Under the pieces are notes generated by a model. The model saw only the letters and a list, made by a program, of their open reading frames with translations. It did not search any database and was not told the DNA's origin. Shown one piece after another: positions 29,171-35,779 of a stretch of 38,674 bases of DNA. The stretch lies in the NCBI GenBank assembly GCA_965649115.1, contig CBFGJN010000012.1, positions 1 through 38,674 on the forward strand, given 5' to 3'. This DNA comes from a candidate division WOR-3 bacterium (GTDB taxonomy: Bacteria > Hydrothermota > Hydrothermia > LBFQ01 > DSFT01). The position numbers and the translations under genes were made by a program. Positions within the stretch are counted from its first letter, which is position 1. The number at the start of each line of letters is the position of its first letter.

Positions 29171-30063
29171 CTTACTACCCCCTTATAAGTCCAAACTTTA
29201 TTGTTGTTTTTAATTTTAACTATATATGTCCCTTTTTTGTGAAGCTGAACCTTATAGTGCCCATCACTATTAAATATCATTCTATCAACTAAATTTCCAT
29301 TTGCTAAATATAGTTCAACTTCACTATTTGCAGGTATGTAGTTTATATAGATGTACTCCTTTGAAAAATTAACTATCGGTTTTTCAGGAACATTAATAGG
29401 TGTTAGGCAATTAACCCTAACATTATCTATAAGAACACCATTTGGAACAACAGCATCTCCTTGGTCCCAATTTTCAAATTTAATTGTATATGTTCCAGGA
29501 ACACCATAATTTACACTTATTGTTTTCCAACCTACTATCGCTTTGCCATAAGTATAGTACTGAGTAGGGACAGAAGAACCATAAACTGTTGTATAATTGT
29601 TATCTACTTGATAATAATCTGGCCATGGTGAGGTAATTACTCTTGGATTTGAATACTTAACAAGTTCAGCATTATTAACTGAAAACCTAAATAAATCGTC
29701 ATAAGGCGAATTAGCAGATGACCATTCAGCAGTTAAATAATGAAAATCCCAAGTTATTGTTATTCCTTGATTGCAATTATTGGCATTAAATGTTTGTTGA
29801 ACAACAGCATAATCGTACTCCGAATAAGCATTCCCATCAACATTAGAAGTAGTACAAGAACCATCAATATCTTGACTTAGTGTAGATATATGTAAAAAGT
29901 AATTTCCATTGGTTGGACTTATAGAAGGTGATACATCTGATGCTTGTCTTGGTTCTGCAAATGTATAGGATATTGGACATCCTGGGTAGGTGGTTAGTGT
30001 CCAGCCTGTCATACCATTCTCAAATGAACCATTTACAAGCTGATTAAAAATTAACCAACCCAT
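29167..30063 (-). CDS. Hypothetical secreted beta-sandwich (CBM-like) protein with T9SS type A-like C-terminal domain
   Basis: LVNGSFENGMTGW start and LIDNV end of a jelly-roll-like domain; C-term LYLANG..KGTYIVKI..KGVVR; AGGAGGT SD. Confidence 0.72.
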   Translation of the reverse strand: MGWLIFNQLVNGSFENGMTGWTLTTYPGCPISYTFAEPRQASDVSPSISPTNGNYFLHISTLSQDIDGSCTTSNVDGNAYSEYDYAVVQQTFNANNCNQGITITWDFHYLTAEWSSANSPYDDLFRFSVNNAELVKYSNPRVITSPWPDYYQVDNNYTTVYGSSVPTQYYTYGKAIVGWKTISVNYGVPGTYTIKFENWDQGDAVVPNGVLIDNVRVNCLTPINVPEKPIVNFSKEYIYINYIPANSEVELYLANGNLVDRMIFNSDGHYKVQLHKKGTYIVKIKNNNKVWTYKGVVR

Positions 30064-30115
30064 TTTCCACCTCCTGTTATCCGAAAATTATAAAGCATAG
30101 TTTTATAGTTTTAAA

Positions 30116-30545
30116 TGATTTGTCTAGTAATTCTGAAATATAGATTATTTCTTATTTTGCCCACCCACCCTGAAAATAAGGCTTCGCCTTAGCTTCGCCC
30201 CCCTATAATCCCCCATAAAGTCAATAATTTCTTTAAAAATTTTATAAGTTATTGACTATCAATCACTTAACACTATTAAGTAGTTTAAATAATTGATTTT
30301 ATTGGTTGTTTCTTAGTAGGGGGCGTTAGCCTCCTGACAAAAAGTAGGGTTTTTTAAAGCCGAAAGCTTATTTTTAGGGTGGTTGGGTAAAATAAGAAAG
30401 ATAATGCTTTAACTTATGAAAATTTTTTAAAACTCATTTATTTTATAGGGGGTTCTTAAATGGGGATTTAAAGTTGAAGGCTTATTTCGTAGGCTGGATG
30501 GGGAAAAAGAAAAAATAAATAGTTTTAGAATTATTGGACAAGGTA
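30116..30545. repeat. Composite of three intergenic repeat family copies (one minus, two plus) filling the divergent intergenic gap
   Basis: TIR TGATTTGTCTAGTAATT 30116; C-tract 30160-30171; TAAGGCTTCGCCTTA 30177-30191; double IHF-like 30245-30269; AGGGGGCGTTAGCCTCCT; AAGCCGAAAGCTT 30357-30369; AAGTTGAAGGCTT 30471-30483; TIR TTATTGGACAAGGTA ending 30545. Confidence 0.8.
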
Positions 30546-31796
30546 TTTACTTTAAAATTTCAAATTAAACTAAAATCCATATTTTCGTTTTCTCTTGGAA
30601 CAATTATAAGTAGGATAAGTGGATTATTAAGGGAAGTTATTATTGCTTATCTGCTCGGTGCAAGTAGTAAATCAGATGCTTTCTTTGTCGCATTTAGAAT
30701 TCCAAATTTATTTAGAGATTTACTTGGTGATCAAGCTATGAATAATGCATTTATTCCAGCATATGCTCAATCAAATTATTCAAAAAAATTTTTATGGGCT
30801 ATTTTTTTTCAGTTTTTATCAATTGTTTTAATAATTAACTTAATTTTAATATTATTTACAAAACAAATTATTTTAATTACTGCTCCTGGCTTCTTAGATG
30901 AAAAAGAAACATTCAACTTAACAATTATTCTAACTTATATAACACTTCCTTCACTATTTTTCTTTTCATTATCAGCTTTGCTTTCAGCTGTATTAAATAC
31001 AAGAAGGAAATTTTTTTTAACCTCAATTAGTCCATCAATAATAAATTTTTCTGTTATTTTATTTGGAATGTTTTTAGATATTGATAAAACGATAGCACTT
31101 TCAATAGGATTTACCATGGGTACAATTTTTCAATCCTTATTATTACTATTATTTTTAAGAGAAAAGTTTGAAAAACCTGACTTTAAAGATCCTTCAATAA
31201 AAACATTTTATAAATTGCTTTTTCCTGTTCTTCTTGCTTATGGATTTAACGAAATAAATTTATTTTTTAGCACATTTATTGCTTCTTTCTTTAAGGAAGG
31301 TTCAATAAGTTATTTAAATTATGCTTTTAGGATTTTTCATTTTCCACTTGCAATTACAGGCATTGCAATATCAAATGTTGCAATTGTTGATTTTACAAGT
31401 TCAAATAATCCAAAAGAACATCTTAAAAGAGCATTAAAAATAAACTTTTTAATTACAATTCCCATAACAATTATCTTCATAATTTTTTCAAAATTTATTG
31501 TTCAAGTTCTATATCAAAGAGGAAATTTTAATGAAAATGATACTTATATTACAACAATCCTTTTGATTATATATCTTTTGAGTTTGCCATTTTCAAGTTC
31601 TTCAAAAATTTTAACAAGTTATGCATTTGCAATAAAAGATATTAAAAATGCTAATTTGTCGTTTATTATTGGAACAATTGTTGATATTTTAACTATGATT
31701 ATATTTTCATTTTTTATTGGATTTTATGCAATTGCTCTTGGTAATTTTACAAGTTCTCTTTTAAGACATATTTATTTATCAAGATGCTATCGCTAA
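30534..31796 (+). CDS. murJ: Lipid II flippase MurJ (MviN), compact; start codon uncertain
   Basis: GTIISRISGLLRE, DAFFVAFRIPNLFR, AFIP, ISYLNYAFRIFHFP, LYQRGNF. Confidence 0.9.
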   Translation: MDKVFTLKFQIKLKSIFSFSLGTIISRISGLLREVIIAYLLGASSKSDAFFVAFRIPNLFRDLLGDQAMNNAFIPAYAQSNYSKKFLWAIFFQFLSIVLIINLILILFTKQIILITAPGFLDEKETFNLTIILTYITLPSLFFFSLSALLSAVLNTRRKFFLTSISPSIINFSVILFGMFLDIDKTIALSIGFTMGTIFQSLLLLLFLREKFEKPDFKDPSIKTFYKLLFPVLLAYGFNEINLFFSTFIASFFKEGSISYLNYAFRIFHFPLAITGIAISNVAIVDFTSSNNPKEHLKRALKINFLITIPITIIFIIFSKFIVQVLYQRGNFNENDTYITTILLIIYLLSLPFSSSSKILTSYAFAIKDIKNANLSFIIGTIVDILTMIIFSFFIGFYAIALGNFTSSLLRHIYLSRCYR

Positions 31797-32523
31797 TAGC
31801 TTTTATGAAATCAGTATAATTTTCAAATTCATTTCCAAGAGGGTTTAATTTTATAATTTTAAAATTCTTTTTTTTAAAAACTTCTAGGAGTTCCTCATTG
31901 TAATAACTTTCAACAATAATAATTTTATCCTTTGAATTTATTGCTTTTTCTAAATCGCTCGGTAGAATATCATAATAACCTTCTTTTATGAGAATTGTTT
32001 CAATTTTTAAATTATATGCTTTTAGGAAGGGTTCAAATGATGTATGGAATAAAATAAATTGAGTTTTTAATTTTTTTGAATTCTCTTCATTTATACTATC
32101 TATTTTTTTCAATTTCTCTATGAAATTTTCTAAATTTTCTTTTTTGTAATCAATTGAACAGCGTTTCAATAAATTTTCAATTTTTGGAATAACTTTTAAT
32201 ATGAACTTTGGATTTGTCCAAATGTGAGGATTTTCACTCTCTTCTAATAATTTTAATTTATATTTGGCTTTTATATTTTTTGACCAAGTTTCAAAATTAT
32301 CAGATATGTAAATAAATCCGCAAGAATTTTGAGCATGAATTAACATTTTTATATTTGGTTCAAAACTATGAATATCAACAACTTTATCAATTAAGACCTC
32401 ACTACTTATGCCAATTTCATTTAAAATTAATTTTATTGGATATATTGAAACAACAATTTTATGTTCTTTCCTTTCGTTTGAGCAAGCAACTAAAATAAAA
32501 ATTAAAATTTTCTTAAAATTCAT
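31747..32523 (-). CDS. Metal ABC transporter substrate-binding lipoprotein (ZnuA/TroA family)
   Basis: Start moved to ATG 32523 (MNFKKILIFILVAC lipoprotein signal); DIHSFEP, NPHIW, FHTSF, LNPLG. Confidence 0.85.
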   Translation of the reverse strand: MNFKKILIFILVACSNERKEHKIVVSIYPIKLILNEIGISSEVLIDKVVDIHSFEPNIKMLIHAQNSCGFIYISDNFETWSKNIKAKYKLKLLEESENPHIWTNPKFILKVIPKIENLLKRCSIDYKKENLENFIEKLKKIDSINEENSKKLKTQFILFHTSFEPFLKAYNLKIETILIKEGYYDILPSDLEKAINSKDKIIIVESYYNEELLEVFKKKNFKIIKLNPLGNEFENYTDFIKAISDSILINKYVLKENL

Positions 32524-33181
32524 CTGAAAATAAAGCTCTTCCAATTCTAATCATATCTGAACCTTCCATAATAGCATAAATATAATCTTCACTCATACCC
32601 ATAGAAAGTTTCAAATCTAAGTTAAAATTTTCTTTAATTTTCTCTTTTATAATTCTTAGCTTTTCAAATGCTTTTCTGCTTTTTGCTTCATTAACAGGAT
32701 AAGGACCTATTGTCATAAGACCAATTAAATTTAGATATTCTGATTTTAAGACTCTTTCAACAACTTCTCTAAAATTTTCAGGATTAAATCCATGTTTTTG
32801 TGGTTCATCAGAACAATTAAATTCAATAAAAACATCAATTCTTACTTTATTTTTTTCAATTTCATCAATAACTTCAAATCTATCTATACTTTGAATCACT
32901 TTAAAAATTTTCAATGCTTTTCTAACCTTATTGGTTTGTAAATGTCCTACTAAATGCCAATTTATATCTGATGGTAAATAATTAACCTTTTCAATTGCTT
33001 CTTTAACTCTATTTTCTCCAAATTCTCTAAAACCCAATTCATATACGAATTTTATCTTATGAATATCAATACCTTTTGTAATCGGTAAAATTTTTATTTC
33101 TGATGGATTTCTATTTGTTTTTTCACAGACAAAAATTACATTCTCCTTCAATCTCCTTAAGTTTTCAAGAATGTAATTCAT
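32513..33181 (-). CDS. yggS: PLP homeostasis protein YggS/PlpBP
   Basis: ITK, FGENRVKE, WHLVGHLQTNK, GLMTI, LSMGMSEDY, IRIGRALF. Confidence 0.95.
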   Translation of the reverse strand: MNYILENLRRLKENVIFVCEKTNRNPSEIKILPITKGIDIHKIKFVYELGFREFGENRVKEAIEKVNYLPSDINWHLVGHLQTNKVRKALKIFKVIQSIDRFEVIDEIEKNKVRIDVFIEFNCSDEPQKHGFNPENFREVVERVLKSEYLNLIGLMTIGPYPVNEAKSRKAFEKLRIIKEKIKENFNLDLKLSMGMSEDYIYAIMEGSDMIRIGRALFSDEF

Positions 33182-33189
33182 TAAATTTT

Positions 33190-33849
33190 TTAATAATTAA
33201 ATGTTTCTCCTGGTTCTAAAATAACAACTTGTGATAAATTTCCAACAAGTTTTTTAAATTCTTCTGGATCAGCTTTAATCAAATCAAAAGTATTATAATG
33301 TATTGGTATTACATATTTTGGTCTTATAAATTCAACTGCTTTTGCTGCTTGGTAAATATCCATTGTAAATCTTCCACCTATTGGGAGTAGAGCAATATCT
33401 GGCTTATATAGTTCTCCAATTAATTTCATATCCGAAAATAAACCTGTATCTCCTGCATGATATAAGGTTTTGCCAAGGGCTTGAATAATAACACCTGTTG
33501 GACCTCCTGTTTGAGATGTATGCCAGGCAGGTGTTAGGGCAATTTTTATTCCTTCAACACTTATAGGACCACCTATATTCATTGGTTCAACTTTTTGGAT
33601 ACCATTTTCATTTGCCAAAACTGTAATCTCATATTGTGAAACAATCCAAGCATTTGTTCTTTTAGCAATTGAGAAAGCATCTCCTAAGTGATCTCCATGG
33701 TCGTGTGTGATAATTATAATATCTGCACTTGTTATTTGGTCAGCGGTTATAGGAGCTTTTGGATTTCCAGATAGAAAGGGGTCTATATATATTATTTTAT
33801 TTGAAACTTCAACTTTAACTGCTGAATGACCAAGATAAGTTATTTTCAT
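33190..33849 (-). CDS. UPF0173 metallo-beta-lactamase-fold hydrolase
   Basis: YLGHS, IDPF, THDHGDH, YHAGDT, LPIGGRFTM, IPIHYNTF; -10 box at 33859-33864, 9 nt upstream. Confidence 0.92.
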   Translation of the reverse strand: MKITYLGHSAVKVEVSNKIIYIDPFLSGNPKAPITADQITSADIIIITHDHGDHLGDAFSIAKRTNAWIVSQYEITVLANENGIQKVEPMNIGGPISVEGIKIALTPAWHTSQTGGPTGVIIQALGKTLYHAGDTGLFSDMKLIGELYKPDIALLPIGGRFTMDIYQAAKAVEFIRPKYVIPIHYNTFDLIKADPEEFKKLVGNLSQVVILEPGETFNY

Positions 33850-33879
33850 AGGTTATAAATTTTAAAGGATAAATTTTTT

Positions 33880-34314
33880 TTAGAAAATTCCCCACCTCTT
33901 TACATTTCTTTTATATTCAAGATATTCATCTTTGAATGTTTCTTCTAAAATTCTTTCTTCTGTTGGGATGACAATTTTGTCAAGTATTAAAAAAAATAAT
34001 ATGGAAATGAAAATTCCAGTTAATGTTTGAAGGAATAATGAAAAACCTATTACAAGTAATAAATCTCCTAAATATATTGGATTTCTAATAAATTTAAAAA
34101 TACCTTCCTTTACAAGTTTTTTTGGCTTATTACCAGGGATAATCGTGGTCCTATTTACTATTAATGTCAAAATACCCAAAACAATAAGAAATAATGAAAT
34201 TCCAATAATTAATAAACCTACAATTTTGGGAAATTTGATAGTTAGTAAATTTTTACTTAAATAAACCAAAATTATTGAAATAAATAAAAAACTGATGGGT
34301 ATAAATTTAATCAT
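33880..34314 (-). CDS. Isoprenylcysteine carboxylmethyltransferase (ICMT/PEMT)-family membrane protein
   Basis: LVKEGIFKFIRNPIYLG, EERIL..F.DEY.EY...V.RW. Confidence 0.9.
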   Translation of the reverse strand: MIKFIPISFLFISIILVYLSKNLLTIKFPKIVGLLIIGISLFLIVLGILTLIVNRTTIIPGNKPKKLVKEGIFKFIRNPIYLGDLLLVIGFSLFLQTLTGIFISILFFLILDKIVIPTEERILEETFKDEYLEYKRNVKRWGIF

Positions 34315-35047
34315 TTATAACAGGAAACTCCTTTCTATAATTATCAACCTCATTTAAATCAATATCAACAATAGCGAATTTTTCACCCATGCCCATATCA
34401 ATTATAATTTCTCCTCTTGGTGAAACTACTAAACTATTACCACCAAATTCATTTCCATATCTATTTATACCTACTACAAATAATTGATTTTCAATTGCTC
34501 TTGCTTTAATTAAGGTTTTGAAGTGCTCAATTCTAACTAATGGCCATTCAGATGGAACAAAAATTATTCTTGCACCTTCAAATGTAATTTTTCTCGCTAT
34601 TTCAGGAAATCTTAAGTCATAGCATATCATAACGCCAATTTTACCAAATTCAGTTTCAAATACTCCAATTTTTTCACCAGGTTTGAATATTATATGTTCA
34701 TTTAAAGGTTTGAAAAGTTTCATTTTTGAATAATAGCCAACTATTTCACCTTTTCTATTAAATAAGAATGAACGATTGTAATAATTACCATTTTCTTTAT
34801 AAAATAATGAGCCTGCTAAAATATAGACTTTCTTTTCTCTTGATAATTTTGAAATTTCTAATATAATTTCTGAATTTTCATATTCACTTTGAACATCATA
34901 AGGTTCTAAATGATATCCTGTTGTCCATAACTCAGGAAGAACAACAAAATCTATTTCAAAATTTATATTTTTCAATATATTTTTAAATTTTTCAAAATTC
35001 TCAAATTTGTTTTTGTTTGGATTATTTTGAATTATTAAAATTTTCAT
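34307..35047 (-). CDS. Carbon-nitrogen hydrolase (nitrilase/omega-amidase family)
   Basis: E-K-C triad: LPELWTTGY, YSKMKLF, ICYDLRFPE; ARAIENQ. Confidence 0.93.
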   Translation of the reverse strand: MKILIIQNNPNKNKFENFEKFKNILKNINFEIDFVVLPELWTTGYHLEPYDVQSEYENSEIILEISKLSREKKVYILAGSLFYKENGNYYNRSFLFNRKGEIVGYYSKMKLFKPLNEHIIFKPGEKIGVFETEFGKIGVMICYDLRFPEIARKITFEGARIIFVPSEWPLVRIEHFKTLIKARAIENQLFVVGINRYGNEFGGNSLVVSPRGEIIIDMGMGEKFAIVDIDLNEVDNYRKEFPVIND

Positions 35048-35654
35048 CTTCTAAAAACATAAATTTTTTATTTTCATAAAATCTTTTCTTTTCCTTCTTT
35101 TCTCTTGCATAAACTTCTTCTTCCTTTTGATGAATTTGTTTTGGTAATGATACGGGATTACCATCAAGCTGACTTATATTTCTGTAAAATCCCATCCAGG
35201 CTTGCTTTGGTTTTACTCCAATTGGAACAAATAATTTGTTTTTATCCCATATCATGTTTTCTCTACTTGGGCTTGCCATCTCATAAACATCACTCATAAT
35301 TATTACTTCATCAGGACATGCTTCAACGCAAAAACCACAATATAAACATCTTCCTGCATCCCACATCCAAACTGCTGCATATCTTTGACCTTTTCCTATG
35401 GGATTATCTATTGGATTTTCATCTCCCTCAATATAAATAGCTTCTGATGGACAAATGGCAGCACATAATTGACAAACAATACATCTTTCCGTTCCATCTT
35501 CATGCCTTTGAAGTCTTAAAGCCCATCTAGCCCTCTCAGGGAGTCTCCTTTTAACATCTGGATATTGAATTGTAAATTGATTCTTAAATATATTTTTTAG
35601 GTTATGCTTTAATGTTATATAAAGACCTTTAAAAATTGCAAGAATTTCACGCAT
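35022..35654 (-). CDS. nuoI: NADH-quinone oxidoreductase subunit I
   Basis: TIQYP, ERCIVCQLCAAICP, RCLYCGFCVEACP; own -10 box at 35661-35666, 6 nt upstream. Confidence 0.9.
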   Translation of the reverse strand: MREILAIFKGLYITLKHNLKNIFKNQFTIQYPDVKRRLPERARWALRLQRHEDGTERCIVCQLCAAICPSEAIYIEGDENPIDNPIGKGQRYAAVWMWDAGRCLYCGFCVEACPDEVIIMSDVYEMASPSRENMIWDKNKLFVPIGVKPKQAWMGFYRNISQLDGNPVSLPKQIHQKEEEVYAREKKEKKRFYENKKFMFLEDENFNNSK

Positions 35655-35779
35655 AAAGAAATTTTAAAGTTCAATTGAAAAATATGATTAGGTAATTGAT
35701 AATAGATAAATTGCAAAAAATTTTATTGGAATAAATAGACAAATTTCTGAAACTTTAAAATTTTAAATAGTATCAAAAA

